Virus record (IMG/VR): IMGVR_UViG_3300008117_000010
Location: 46,527-110,526 of that record
Strand: one strand, 5' to 3'
From: a virus
DNA: 64,000 nucleotides
The position numbers and the translations under genes are program-made. How positions within the stretch are numbered: position 1 is the first letter of the stretch; every line of letters begins with the position of its first letter. The notes beneath the pieces are model-generated. The model saw only the letters and a list, made by a program, of their open reading frames with translations, was not told the origin of the DNA and made no database searches. Below, piece by piece: positions 38,001-47,944 of this stretch.

Positions 38001-40730
38001 AATCGTCTTTCTGATGATAAAAAACTAATTGCAGATCAAGCTGAAGAAATTAAAAATTTAATATACTCAAAGTTTGATGAGCTTCGCGACATGCAAACTA
38101 ATGTTCCAACAGAAGATTATCTAGATATTATTAATAATCTTACTGCTGGATTACCAGATGATGTTAGAGAAACTCTTGAAGATCTAACACTTCATAAAGA
38201 AATAACTGAAGATATTGCTAATGAACTATTAGAATCCGGTTATGATCTAATAAATACAATGAGAAACGCATCTCCAGAATTTAAAGAATGGTTTGATGCT
38301 AATCACTACTTAAAAGAATATTATGACATAACCTCTGAAACACAAGTTAAGTACTATGTTCGTTCAAAAGCATGGAATAGAATTGTTCCTACACAATCTA
38401 ATTTTATAAATAGTACTACAATCACAAATAGTTTAGGTGAAGAAGTAGTTATACCAAGAGTTCCAAATAGAAAGTATATTACTTATAAGCTTAAAGATAA
38501 ACCAGAAGATGGTTATGTAACACCAAAGATTTCTATTCTAGATGCTATTAGAATGGGAGATATTACTAAAGCAAATTGGGATGGAGATAATTGGTTACCA
38601 AAACTTGATGCAGTAGATCCTGAAACAGGAGAACTACTTACTGACTTTGTATCAAATGAATTTTTTCTATTAAAATCTACAAAGCCTGCGGAATATCAGC
38701 TTTTAATGAAGCTGCTTGAATTTCACTTTGCTAATCAGCAAGGACATAGTAGAGCTGATAGATTAGGATTTGAAATTCCTAGATTTATAAGATCAAAGCT
38801 TGAAACATTACAACGTAGAAAAAATAGACCGATTAATCCTGATACTGGTGAACCAGTAAAAGATAATCCATTTTCTATTCTTGCAAACAAGATTAGAAGA
38901 TTTTTCACTCGTTCTTCTGAAGACATGGAAGAAGGAATGAATCCTATGGATAATGCTAAAGTAATGATCTACACCGAATCAATTGATGAAGACACATCAA
39001 AGATTAAAGTGCGTGGATTATATGATATGGAATTAGATGTAACATCATTAGATATTCTTACTAGTCTTACTCGATATTCATATAGTCTTGACCGTAAAGC
39101 AAAGTTGGTTGAAATGAATCCTGTTGCAAGAACATTACAATCAATACTAAGTGATCCTAAAAATGCTGTTAAAGATTTAAATAAATATGATAAACGTAAG
39201 TTTAAAAATCAAAACGTATTAGTTAATCTTCCAAAAAAAGGAAGATACGTTAGAAAATATGCTATTGATAATTTTATAGAAAGAGAGTTTGAAAGTATTG
39301 TTCAAACTGGATGGGGATCTGAAAACGCATTTCTACAATCATTATCAAATTCAATGATGAAGTTTTCTGCATTAGGTTACTTTGCATTAAACATTCAGTC
39401 AGCAATTAAAAACTCAATGGGTGCTCGAATGCAAGCACTAATAGAAGGTGCTGCAGGTAAGTATTATAATAATAGGGATTATGCAAAAGGTACATATTGG
39501 GCAAATAAAACAATGGCAGAAGTGTCATTTCAAATTTATAAATATGGACCTAAGAGTTTGAATATTCAGATTACAGAATTATTTGATCCTGTTCAAGGTA
39601 GATTTGAAGAAAAACTTTGGTCAGGAGAAAAAATAATGCGTACCGGTCTTAGCGATGTTGCAAATAATCCACTTGGATTATTAACTAACACTCGTAAGTG
39701 GACCGAATTAAATGCACAGTATAGCATATTTGCTGCAATGATGTACTCACAAAAAGTAGATCAAACAATTAATGGAGTTACAAAACAGATATCATACATA
39801 GATGCATTTGAAATTAAAGATGGTACAATAGTTCTAAAAGAAGGGATTGATAAAGAATGGGGTGCTGGCGGTAAGAAGTTTAAGATGATGAAGAATAGAA
39901 TCCATGCAGTATCTAATGATTTGAATGGAGCCTTTGCTAAGTTTGATTATGCAGAAGCAGATAGATATTTCTTATTTAGACAATTAATGTTCTTAAGAAG
40001 ATGGTTCACGCGAATGCTTATGAATCGTTTTCAGGCTTCAGGTTCATTGAATCCAAGATCATGGAGACCAAGATATGATGTTGGTCGTAATGATATTTAC
40101 ATGGGTTATTATACTGAAGCTATTAAATTCTTATTAGTAGATTTACTTGGTACTGGTGGCAAAGCATTTAACATGATGACTCCAGAACAGAAAGCAGCAT
40201 TTAAAAGAATTGGTATGGATGTGGCTATTATAATATTATTTAGTCTACTTATATCTATGGTGTTTGGATTTAATGAAGATGATGAAGACAAATATGAAAA
40301 ACTTCGTGAAAGAAGTGGACCTTTCCCAATATTTTTTACAGCCGATTCTGAACATCCATTTAATTTTGGAGGATGGGTAGCTAATAATGCTTTAATTACT
40401 ATGATGGGTATTAGACAAGAGCAATTACAATGGATACCTATTCCTGGAATTGGACTTTCAAGTTATATGGAATGGCTTGAATTACAACCACTTGCAATGA
40501 GAAATACAATTATCAATATGGCTAAAACAAGTAACCAACTTGTCAATCTAATGACAGGAGATGATAGTGCTTTTTATGTGAGGAGTGTTGGTCCTTACGC
40601 TTGGCAACAGGAAGGTGCACCAAAGATCTTAAATAGCCTAGCTAAATTTATTGGTCTTACCGGATCTCAAACCGATGCAGTTAAAGCTACTAAAGATTTT
40701 GTTGCTATTCAGAACTTAAAAGGTAACTAA
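35052..40730 (+). CDS. Giant virion/ejection protein with N-terminal zincin and C-terminal membrane segment
   Basis: 1892 aa. LHEFAH..EEA; long helical body; MDVAIIILFSLLISMVFG followed by an acidic stretch; third gene of the crAss-like large-gene trio; TAATG overlap. Confidence 0.75.
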   Translation: MATCVINTPEFEAIEKVTNSATAWKEFARSKITGEAMRSPETVLEESWYRGQFLNKKPGEPWIDRMDGFQQQMNSWPEYNLLANPIKYDFKGHNDAVSLSAIRQLADRLKEKTGINYEIISQEQAIELTKHLDIKQQYVTGKPAFYLGGVAYLVSDFVSATNVLHEFAHPIIKAIAVDNPKLFNNLYTQIQNQYPDIIEYLKSEYDYLDINSSEFKEEAIVTALDLFHSIKQENPKAKGPFIDLLNDILYAIRKFLRKITNNKVKVENINEFSTLEDLANLMTDDTTFELDDQIITNSDFAAYASTYNDYLNELRKAASPADIQGALLNTYDIVIEQLKALENNPNYRFAAEILKDKYGELEVQNIVKNINRVKDDAKALKDQAKMDRARASEFLKSILLLEEMIKKTNASLRTLEKEAKENENNNRDNRDVLQNVYYLNNLLNGWNELINEYINTLEENNVDIENDFYKMLSAIKRKIENTQSIANNIYTYKITDVLSAEIQPLMEAIDMRYEALLKFYKDRNAPQWKIADVEKEYAEIKLNPGKIQEMLKGDLGDAHFLNSFLEGYMNNQDPVVFAFASYVKNGLNDLNSNSLEKMNKFLVELEPLLQAAGFNRNRLSDLGERLTQIDSTPYRERKELKFKKVYKFINPWKGQDEAIAKMNEAINNARNVARESGDYTEVQRLMQEKEDFQRKYFYTEYTQKYYDRYNILNKDELGREAKDLLTTIDFKIKELQNSILSPTQDIVGLDELDALQRERKYLFSLTDENGKLKSGRDLEIAKRLQEYNASAKDMFTKITFPGLFEQAYREAENYFIDQGYERGTPAYEQLMNEWLKKNSKIELSSDFYVMRANLYAEIQELEEQYRDLVSQLGYDQGIARTEEEMLDLYKELNDILYRHRDESGQPQGSLMNKETLERVFFLESEIERIKTEAPSFNNLTRDENSWLRDYFDRIKAGEEISDEDKARARELNKKKVSLKGKKYNRLSDDKKLIADQAEEIKNLIYSKFDELRDMQTNVPTEDYLDIINNLTAGLPDDVRETLEDLTLHKEITEDIANELLESGYDLINTMRNASPEFKEWFDANHYLKEYYDITSETQVKYYVRSKAWNRIVPTQSNFINSTTITNSLGEEVVIPRVPNRKYITYKLKDKPEDGYVTPKISILDAIRMGDITKANWDGDNWLPKLDAVDPETGELLTDFVSNEFFLLKSTKPAEYQLLMKLLEFHFANQQGHSRADRLGFEIPRFIRSKLETLQRRKNRPINPDTGEPVKDNPFSILANKIRRFFTRSSEDMEEGMNPMDNAKVMIYTESIDEDTSKIKVRGLYDMELDVTSLDILTSLTRYSYSLDRKAKLVEMNPVARTLQSILSDPKNAVKDLNKYDKRKFKNQNVLVNLPKKGRYVRKYAIDNFIEREFESIVQTGWGSENAFLQSLSNSMMKFSALGYFALNIQSAIKNSMGARMQALIEGAAGKYYNNRDYAKGTYWANKTMAEVSFQIYKYGPKSLNIQITELFDPVQGRFEEKLWSGEKIMRTGLSDVANNPLGLLTNTRKWTELNAQYSIFAAMMYSQKVDQTINGVTKQISYIDAFEIKDGTIVLKEGIDKEWGAGGKKFKMMKNRIHAVSNDLNGAFAKFDYAEADRYFLFRQLMFLRRWFTRMLMNRFQASGSLNPRSWRPRYDVGRNDIYMGYYTEAIKFLLVDLLGTGGKAFNMMTPEQKAAFKRIGMDVAIIILFSLLISMVFGFNEDDEDKYEKLRERSGPFPIFFTADSEHPFNFGGWVANNALITMMGIRQEQLQWIPIPGIGLSSYMEWLELQPLAMRNTIINMAKTSNQLVNLMTGDDSAFYVRSVGPYAWQQEGAPKILNSLAKFIGLTGSQTDAVKATKDFVAIQNLKGN

Positions 40731-40762
40731 TTATTTTGTATATTATTTTATATACAAAATAA
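40731..40762. promoter_or_regulatory. Perfect 12-bp AT-rich inverted repeat between the last giant gene and a small ORF
   Basis: ttattttgtata-N8-tatacaaaataa; function unknown. Confidence 0.5.
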
Positions 40763-40766
40763 AATA

Positions 40767-40907
40767 ATGGCAAAAACAAAAAAGCAATCTGAAAAGGTAT
40801 TTATTCCAAAGCCAAAAGTTAAGAACCCTAACGTCCACTCCAAAAAAAAGACTTCAAAATTGAAGTCTAGTAAGAACTATGTAAAAGCTTACAGAGGACA
40901 AGGTTAA
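40767..40907 (+). CDS. 46-aa highly basic protein ending YRGQG (absent from the ORF track)
   Basis: MAKTKKQSEKVFIPKPKVKNPNVHSKKKTSKLKSSKNYVKAYRGQG*. Fills the gap exactly, has an A-rich leader, and the YRGQG ending is one I recall from small phage proteins. Confidence 0.8.
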   Translation: MAKTKKQSEKVFIPKPKVKNPNVHSKKKTSKLKSSKNYVKAYRGQG

Positions 40908-40910
40908 TAA

Positions 40911-41492
40911 CTATTTTTTATTAAGGCTCATAAAGAATTCATATTCTTCAGGATCAATATATTTCAATTGTTCGAGAAGCTCTGCTTCTTTACGATATGC
41001 TTCTGCTTTTTCTTCAGCAGTACTCTCTTTGCCTAGGTTAGCAAAGAGCATTACGCATTGCTTAAATATTTCATCTTTAGTTAAAAACGCTGTCTCTTTA
41101 ATTTCATAATGACTATCAAATATCTTTTGAATATTTGGTTTAAAGTAATTATGACTCTTTAATATTTTACCATCTTCTCTAAAAATTGGTAAGCCCTCAT
41201 CATCTAACTTAGACATATTACTTGCATGTATCTCATTAAATACATCTTCAATAATATCTTGCATTCCGTGACGAAGAATAGTACCAAGTAATATATACAA
41301 CTGATCACCTAATGAATCAGCAATTTCAATTAGATTTCCATCCTGACAGGCTTTTTTATATTCATCTAATTCTTCAAGTGCTAAATCATATCTTAATTGA
41401 TAACCTTTACTTCCAATTAACTGTGGAGTATTGTTATTAATTATTTTAAAGGTATCATGAAATAACTGGACTTTATTTATCGCTTCCTTCAT
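40911..41492 (-). CDS. MazG-like all-alpha NTP pyrophosphohydrolase with C-terminal extension
   Basis: EELDEY..EIADSLGDQLY..EIHASNMSK..REDGKILK. Confidence 0.85.
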   Translation of the reverse strand: MKEAINKVQLFHDTFKIINNNTPQLIGSKGYQLRYDLALEELDEYKKACQDGNLIEIADSLGDQLYILLGTILRHGMQDIIEDVFNEIHASNMSKLDDEGLPIFREDGKILKSHNYFKPNIQKIFDSHYEIKETAFLTKDEIFKQCVMLFANLGKESTAEEKAEAYRKEAELLEQLKYIDPEEYEFFMSLNKK

Positions 41493-41865
41493 TGGAATTA
41501 TTTAATGTATTTGTAATATAATATTTATAAAAATCACAGCTAGAATCATAATATTTATACTTATCTACCGGAGTATACATAGTTTCTAGGATTAGCATAT
41601 ATGCTACTACATCTCCAATCTTTTCTTGGATTGTTTCATAACTAGCTTCTTTTCCCTCAACTATATCTTTAATGGATTGTAAATGCTTTACACAATATTC
41701 CCAAAGTACTTTTTGTGGAGTATCATGAAAAGATAAACCAGTTGCAGTTTTAAAATTAATATGAACGTCATCTATATTAGCATACTCACTATTTTTTCTA
41801 GAGAGTAATGATTTAATTTGACGCAAACGATTTCTAATAATGTTGTTAAAATCTTCTTGTTTCAT
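41473..41865 (-). CDS. DUF1599-like all-alpha nucleotide hydrolase-related protein
   Basis: KNSEYA..NFK..KHL..EKIGDVVAY pattern. Confidence 0.55.
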   Translation of the reverse strand: MKQEDFNNIIRNRLRQIKSLLSRKNSEYANIDDVHINFKTATGLSFHDTPQKVLWEYCVKHLQSIKDIVEGKEASYETIQEKIGDVVAYMLILETMYTPVDKYKYYDSSCDFYKYYITNTLNNSNEGSDK

Positions 41866-41878
41866 AGAATAAAGTTAA

Positions 41879-41907
41879 TAGTGGGGTGACGAATTGCCAC
41901 CCCACTA
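41879..41907 (-). terminator. Terminator-like hairpin
   Basis: tagtggggtg/caccccacta 10-bp stem extended by a GU pair on the - strand, followed by U-rich sequence. Confidence 0.65.
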
Positions 41908-41913
41908 ATATAA

Positions 41914-42849
41914 TTATAAATCTGATAAATTGATCTCGTCTCCTTCGAAATTTAAATCATCAATATCAAAAACATCATCATCATTATCATTTGATGTTTC
42001 AGTTTCTAATTTTAAAACTTCTAAATCTTGAGATAATTTCTCACTTGTATTCTTTAATAAATCAAATATTGAAAGCTGATTTGGATCTACAATAATAGGA
42101 GTAACAACCGTGTCAACTAAATCAGCATTTTTTCTTTCATTCATATAATTTATTAAGAAGTTATGAATTTGAGATTGCTGTACCATCCACGTTTTAGGAT
42201 GTCCAAATCGTAGTGCATAATTAAAGTGATTATAGAATGACCAAAAAGAATTTGGATCACTGTTATAATCAAACTCACACTTGCGTATTTGATCTCGAAT
42301 GATTCCAAGCTGCTCTTTATTTATATCCTCTAGTTCAATAAAGATTCTTCCCGCAATTTCTGCTTGCTCTTGTTTAGTCAAGAGGTGTTGCTTCATTACA
42401 TCTTTATCTGCAACCAGTGTATTAAAATATAGATCAGCTTTACTAATCTGTTGATCAATAGTATTGATAGCTTCTTGATCAGCATTACCCATATGCTTAC
42501 GGCTAAATGTATTCAAGTTATTACCAACAATATGACTTGAGTTAGCATGTACATAACCACCTACAACAGATAAGAATCTTACCATTTTATTATAGGAGTT
42601 TGTCCATGACATCATCATAGATATATCTGGATCATTACTACGACTTAACCAATATGTACCTGTGGCAATTTGTCCATCGTTAGTAGAACGATATAATTCA
42701 TTTACAATACTTAAACCTGCTGCTTCAAGTTTAGATTTAATGGTATCAATAATTAATCCATGAGTAATTACAGTATATCTACCCCCATGATTGGGAGTAG
42801 CTACTGCTTTTAATTCTGCTTCTGTTGAAAATAATGTTCTTCTTGGCAT
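41914..42849 (-). CDS. DUF932-like protein
   Basis: YTVITH..WTNSYNK..RKH..WSFYNHF pattern; acidic tail. Confidence 0.6.
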   Translation of the reverse strand: MPRRTLFSTEAELKAVATPNHGGRYTVITHGLIIDTIKSKLEAAGLSIVNELYRSTNDGQIATGTYWLSRSNDPDISMMMSWTNSYNKMVRFLSVVGGYVHANSSHIVGNNLNTFSRKHMGNADQEAINTIDQQISKADLYFNTLVADKDVMKQHLLTKQEQAEIAGRIFIELEDINKEQLGIIRDQIRKCEFDYNSDPNSFWSFYNHFNYALRFGHPKTWMVQQSQIHNFLINYMNERKNADLVDTVVTPIIVDPNQLSIFDLLKNTSEKLSQDLEVLKLETETSNDNDDDVFDIDDLNFEGDEINLSDL

Positions 42850-42850
42850 T

Positions 42851-44761
42851 TTAAAATAATTTTAATTGTGAATCTTCGATTACATGAGTAATATTTTCTA
42901 TTTCTTTATTACACTTTTGTATATAAAAAGCATAGTCAATATTATATTCATGCCATTCTTTTTCTTGATGTAAATTATATACCGTTTGCAACCATCTTCC
43001 TGCTTCTATTTGAATTTCACGACCATCATTACTAACCTTAACTAACTTACAGCCAGAATTAGATACATAATATCTAACTGTTTTTTGTAATTTTTTCCTA
43101 GTTAGTTCATTGTTTATGAAACTCAATTCATTAAATACCCAACCATGCGTTGCTTTTACTGCACCACAAAAATCAAAGATATTTCTAGAAGACATTATAG
43201 TTTCTTCGATAGGAATGTTATTTATAAAGTAGTTGTAGATAGCTTTACGAATAATAAGAAAACTTTTATTCTTATGTAACATTAGATTTTCAAATTCAAA
43301 TCTACCTTTACATTTAGTCTTACCACTTTTAAAAATTCCAATATAGTTATTTACATCTGCAAGAATAATTTTTTTATACTCATCATGTTCAAGTTGTAGT
43401 TGTGTTATATCTTCCCATTCTTTACAAATACTTAGATATAATTCTTTTTGATTTGTAGGAATTATCATCTCTAGACCATCTGTATTCTGCATTAACGGAA
43501 TAGAATTTGGAATTCTAGTAGATAACATTTCATATAACATTAACAAACTTAACTGACCATTAATAGTAATACTCATAGTGAGTTGTGGGTCATATAAGAA
43601 AGCATTCTTATCATTACTCAAACCATAAGTACTATTGAGAATAATTTTATATACATAATTACGTGGATCACTTTTCGGAATCTTTTTTCTTTCTTGGAAA
43701 AACCATTCATACTGGGCACAAAATGCTTCTTTTGGAATATGTGCTGGAGACCACCTATTTATAATAGCAAGGTTAGGATAAAAACTAACAACATCACTAG
43801 ACATAATAATTGTGTCTTCGCTTTCTTCATATATACCAGAAGTTCTAGCACCATGAAGTCCGCCTAAACCAAAATCGGTTACAACATCTTTATGTTTTAG
43901 TGAATAATGAAAAGCATTTTTAGTCTCTTCAGGATTAATACATAGCTCTTCAAACTTTTGACGTATTTCATCAAAGTCCGGTGTGTTAAATTTAATATAT
44001 GGTAGTATTAAATCTTTGACTGCAATGTTGTATCGTTTAGTTCTTGAGTTACGTAAATCATATTTACTATACCCTGTTGCCTGACTTAAGAAGTGAAGAA
44101 ATAATTCTTTTGAAATTCTTGGCTCTGAAGCATTGTACAAATTAATTTTATATTCAGTTGATAAGGCTTTACGTAAATTAATTTGATCTTTACTTAACTC
44201 CATTATTTGTTTAGTACTGAATATATCATTTTTACAATAGTCAATTATTTCTTGTAATTCTTCAAATGTTTGAATTTTAGTAGTATGATGTATTGGCATA
44301 TCTTGTAGATTATACCAATCCATTGAAAACTGAATCCATTTTAAGCTAGATAACTTAGCCTTATTATCCCAATGATTTAGTTTAAATACATCTAACTGTT
44401 TAATTTTAATATCACTTTCTTTAAAATCAAGAAAGTCATTATTATTTCTAGCAGTAATAATGTATTGTGCTTTTTGATAAATCCACTCCGCAAATTTTGT
44501 AGGAGATAGAGACATCAAATATTCTTGATTCTCAAGTATATGCTGCGTCAATTGAGCATCAAAAGCTAAACCATTAAAAGAAATATGCCATTCTGTATAG
44601 CGAATATTATTATGTAGAAACTTTATAAAATCCTCTAAATCATTTCTTAGTTCATGAACAACAAACACTTTTGTATTATCTGATTTATAATCTACAAATA
44701 CAGCTACAAAACAATTACTAAGTGTTTCATAGTCCATTACCCAGTTTGTTCTTTTATACAT
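42851..44761 (-). CDS. polB: Family B DNA polymerase
   Basis: Exonuclease DYE, FNGLAFD, YCKND; polymerase SDVVSFYPN, KIILNSTYG, NTDG. Confidence 0.93.
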   Translation of the reverse strand: MYKRTNWVMDYETLSNCFVAVFVDYKSDNTKVFVVHELRNDLEDFIKFLHNNIRYTEWHISFNGLAFDAQLTQHILENQEYLMSLSPTKFAEWIYQKAQYIITARNNNDFLDFKESDIKIKQLDVFKLNHWDNKAKLSSLKWIQFSMDWYNLQDMPIHHTTKIQTFEELQEIIDYCKNDIFSTKQIMELSKDQINLRKALSTEYKINLYNASEPRISKELFLHFLSQATGYSKYDLRNSRTKRYNIAVKDLILPYIKFNTPDFDEIRQKFEELCINPEETKNAFHYSLKHKDVVTDFGLGGLHGARTSGIYEESEDTIIMSSDVVSFYPNLAIINRWSPAHIPKEAFCAQYEWFFQERKKIPKSDPRNYVYKIILNSTYGLSNDKNAFLYDPQLTMSITINGQLSLLMLYEMLSTRIPNSIPLMQNTDGLEMIIPTNQKELYLSICKEWEDITQLQLEHDEYKKIILADVNNYIGIFKSGKTKCKGRFEFENLMLHKNKSFLIIRKAIYNYFINNIPIEETIMSSRNIFDFCGAVKATHGWVFNELSFINNELTRKKLQKTVRYYVSNSGCKLVKVSNDGREIQIEAGRWLQTVYNLHQEKEWHEYNIDYAFYIQKCNKEIENITHVIEDSQLKLF

Positions 44762-44773
44762 AAATAGAGAAAT

Positions 44774-44795
44774 AAAAAGGGGAATTGCTTCCCCT
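44774..44795 (-). terminator. Intrinsic terminator-like hairpin
   Basis: - strand aggggaa-gcaa-ttcccc-ttttt. Confidence 0.7.
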
Positions 44796-44818
44796 ATATT
44801 TATTGTATGTACTTACAA

Positions 44819-45247
44819 TTATTGTTGAGATACAAGCTTCATCATATTAGGAATAGATCCTAATTGACTCGCATCTGGTTGTGGTAGTGGTGCAAAAAAT
44901 TCTTTGTAATTAAAACCATCCTTATTAACTGCAAAGCTATTTATAAAATAATCTATGTCAGCAGGATCTTCTAAGTAATATTCCTGGAAGGTTTCAATTG
45001 CTCTACGCTCTTCTTTAAAAGGACGTTGATTACCTTCTTTTGAAGATTTACGAACTTCAGGATCACCATTTGCATCAATCTTTGGTAACATATGAAATTG
45101 TTGTTTTTTAATGTTACCAATAAGAGCAAGTACATTTAATTCCCGGTCATAAATACCTTCCACATAAACACAGTTTTCAGTTGTTGGAATTAGTTTAAAT
45201 GTTGGATGTCCTTTCCACGAGGACTTAATTAGCATCATATTGTTCAT
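44819..45247 (-). CDS. Hypothetical protein
   Basis: 142-aa ORF in tight operon spacing. Confidence 0.75.
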   Translation of the reverse strand: MNNMMLIKSSWKGHPTFKLIPTTENCVYVEGIYDRELNVLALIGNIKKQQFHMLPKIDANGDPEVRKSSKEGNQRPFKEERRAIETFQEYYLEDPADIDYFINSFAVNKDGFNYKEFFAPLPQPDASQLGSIPNMMKLVSQQ

Positions 45248-45259
45248 AATAAATTTTTG

Positions 45260-45823
45260 TCAAAGATAATCAATCAAATCAATTTTGACTGCAGGTTCTG
45301 TAAATTTTTCTTGATCTAAATCTGGTAAAGCACATAATTCACCTACAGATTTCAACAGTTCTTCAGTAACACCTAGTAAATTTGCATAGTCTTTAATATA
45401 CTTTTGTGGATTAAGATAACTATCAATATAAATAAGGCTACTATTATTATTAGAAAAGAACTGTAGAATTTTATCTTTATGGTTTTTACTTATTGTGGAA
45501 TACTTACCAGCGATTATTTTATCAAATAAATCATTTTCATCAGAAAAATCAAAGACATAAAGACCTCTATCTTCAGATATATAAAAAAAGTTTTCAAATT
45601 TTGGATGAGATAGTAAAACCTTCTTTTCAAAGTTCTTAAATTCTAAATCATCCCGTAAATAATACAAGCACAATAACTTTCGATCTGTCACTTTGTAAGT
45701 ATCTAACCATTCCATATAAGTTTGAATTGGTGTAACACTTCCTCCTCTCTTAATTTCTAAAAGTGGATAGAGAAAGATCTTTGATTTTTGTGCATACTTC
45801 GTATACAATTTTTTAATTCTCAT
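45260..45823 (-). CDS. Hypothetical protein
   Basis: 187-aa ORF, ATGA overlap with the upstream gene. Confidence 0.75.
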   Translation of the reverse strand: MRIKKLYTKYAQKSKIFLYPLLEIKRGGSVTPIQTYMEWLDTYKVTDRKLLCLYYLRDDLEFKNFEKKVLLSHPKFENFFYISEDRGLYVFDFSDENDLFDKIIAGKYSTISKNHKDKILQFFSNNNSSLIYIDSYLNPQKYIKDYANLLGVTEELLKSVGELCALPDLDQEKFTEPAVKIDLIDYL

Positions 45824-46812
45824 TTAAATTCAATTAAATTGTGAATGACATCGTAGGGTAAACAAAAATTTCTATTTGCATAATGCCAATCCGCTTTATT
45901 AAAGATATCACTTGCTTTGGCTTGCCATCTCACTAATACATCCTGCGCTACTGGGAAACATTTTATTTGCTTATACTTATCAATCACACAAAAATTAAAC
46001 TTAATGTTTTGCAAGGGCACATTATAGATTTTTGAAACAAGTGTAACATATATTGCAGCTTGTAACCAATATGAATAATATTCAACAGAGTCTGGAAATT
46101 CTAATAATGATTTAGATGTAGTCTTGATATCATTAATGTAATAGATTCCATCTTTGATTGTTAAGTTATCTAAATAACCATGCAATCCCCAAGAATATTG
46201 CAAAAATTTATCAACATTTAAATGCAATTCATTTAGCTTTTCAACGTCTTCATCTAAAAATAAAGTTCGTTTAATTTCTAAATTAGATTTCATTTGAGAT
46301 GCTACATCTTTACATCGATCATATGTCTCTTGGTCAATTACACTTTTATTTTCTTTCTCACATAAGAATTTAAAATAGTCTTTATTCTCATCGACCAAGA
46401 CTTTTTCAAGTCTCTGTTCATCAGTTTTTAATTTCTGATGTAAATTCAAATCAATTAATATGCTTAATAGCTCTTGTTCATAACTACTTAAGTCTGGATT
46501 ACTATTACCATATGTTTGATAAATTAATTCAACAACTTTTTTATTATTTGCAGCTGGTAAATTACCTGGCAATACTAAATAATTATTATTGAAATTATCT
46601 TCTTCAAGAAATAATAAGTGAATAAGTCTTCCTTCAATTAAATGGGCATCGAGCTTTTCTTCTCTTTGTCTTAAAATATAATATTCATAAAATAATTTTG
46701 GTGAGTATAATAGTTTATTTAAACTACTATAACTAAAAGAGAAGTTCTTCGAAAAGAACCTCTCTTCAGCAATCACATCACTTAAAATTCCTTGACCTGA
46801 ATAATCAATCAT
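45820..46812 (-). CDS. PD-(D/E)XK exonuclease (RecE/ExoVIII-like)
   Basis: SYSSL..GRLIH..GYLD..DIKTT..YWLQAAIY. Confidence 0.85.
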   Translation of the reverse strand: MIDYSGQGILSDVIAEERFFSKNFSFSYSSLNKLLYSPKLFYEYYILRQREEKLDAHLIEGRLIHLLFLEEDNFNNNYLVLPGNLPAANNKKVVELIYQTYGNSNPDLSSYEQELLSILIDLNLHQKLKTDEQRLEKVLVDENKDYFKFLCEKENKSVIDQETYDRCKDVASQMKSNLEIKRTLFLDEDVEKLNELHLNVDKFLQYSWGLHGYLDNLTIKDGIYYINDIKTTSKSLLEFPDSVEYYSYWLQAAIYVTLVSKIYNVPLQNIKFNFCVIDKYKQIKCFPVAQDVLVRWQAKASDIFNKADWHYANRNFCLPYDVIHNLIEFK

Positions 46813-47944
46813 AATTATAATCTAGTTTATTAATTGATACAATATCTGTAATATTACATACTCTATTATTTATAAAGTCTCTTACTTCTTGATCTAAAAG
46901 ATCTTGAAACTCATCAGTTAATAACTCCTTTTTTTCTTTTACAATAGTAAGAAGTGTATTTATTCTCCAATGTTTTGCATCACCATATTTATTAAAGTAA
47001 TTTAAAAGACTCTTATAATTCTTATGTCTATATGCAGGAAAATTATATATAATATTATTATACTTATAAATAAACATTGCTAGGTATAATGCGCTTTGTT
47101 CAAAATTACATTGAGTAATAATACCTAAAACAACATTAATATTATCTAAACTTCCTGTTTCAACCATTAAAGCAATACTTTGATATGATTCACGAGTTAA
47201 TACGGTCTCACCAATATGTTTTGAAATTACTGCATCAGAAATTAATTTCTTTCTGTAATTTAATATAGTAGAAATTGTATCATTACTTAGTGAATATATT
47301 GGTCCACGTGATATTAAACATTTATTATTTTCTTCAAATAAATATATCTCTGAATTGATTGCATTTCTTTCATTATATCCAGTACTACTATCACTATATA
47401 ATAAAAATGAAACATAATGATAGTCCGATATATTAAAGTTTGGACAATCATATTCGATAGTTTTTATTATAGAATTATAAGTATGGTTCTTATAAAAATA
47501 ATTTGAAAATAATTTATATTGTTTTACTTCATTATAAAGCTTACTGGTTACATCAAACATATTTTCTAATTCAGAAGCTAGAATAGTTATATAATTATAT
47601 ATTTGACTACCATGATATTTTGGGAAAAAATAATCATTCGGTATAACATAAGCCGTTGCCTCATCAATTTTTCTTGATATTTTCCATCCTTTATTTAAAC
47701 CATATTCTCTAAACTTAGATCTTGGTATTTTAGAATTTCTATCAAAATAACAATTAGAGAGATCAATATTTTCATTACTAACTTTATCTACAATTAGATT
47801 AGAAATATCAATTAAATCAGTATAACCTGATGTAAAGGAGTTCTCCTTTACATTATATACACCATAATGATTTCCGATTTTTTGTGTTGCAACTTTAACT
47901 AATTGGAAGTCATCTGTTATATTAATTATCTTGGGCATTAACAT
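46805..47944 (-). CDS. Hypothetical protein with BRCT-like segment and shared helical motif (paralog 1)
   Basis: IPRSKFREY..GWKISRKIDEATAYVI; LTRESYQSIALMVETGSLDNINVVLGII. Confidence 0.6.
   Translation of the reverse strand: MLMPKIINITDDFQLVKVATQKIGNHYGVYNVKENSFTSGYTDLIDISNLIVDKVSNENIDLSNCYFDRNSKIPRSKFREYGLNKGWKISRKIDEATAYVIPNDYFFPKYHGSQIYNYITILASELENMFDVTSKLYNEVKQYKLFSNYFYKNHTYNSIIKTIEYDCPNFNISDYHYVSFLLYSDSSTGYNERNAINSEIYLFEENNKCLISRGPIYSLSNDTISTILNYRKKLISDAVISKHIGETVLTRESYQSIALMVETGSLDNINVVLGIITQCNFEQSALYLAMFIYKYNNIIYNFPAYRHKNYKSLLNYFNKYGDAKHWRINTLLTIVKEKKELLTDEFQDLLDQEVRDFINNRVCNITDIVSINKLDYNYD

Noticed and set aside
1976-40291. Numerous short - strand ORFs and alternate-frame ORFs within the large genes
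   Set aside because: Shadow frames fully inside long motif-bearing ORFs, with I/F/S/L-biased composition
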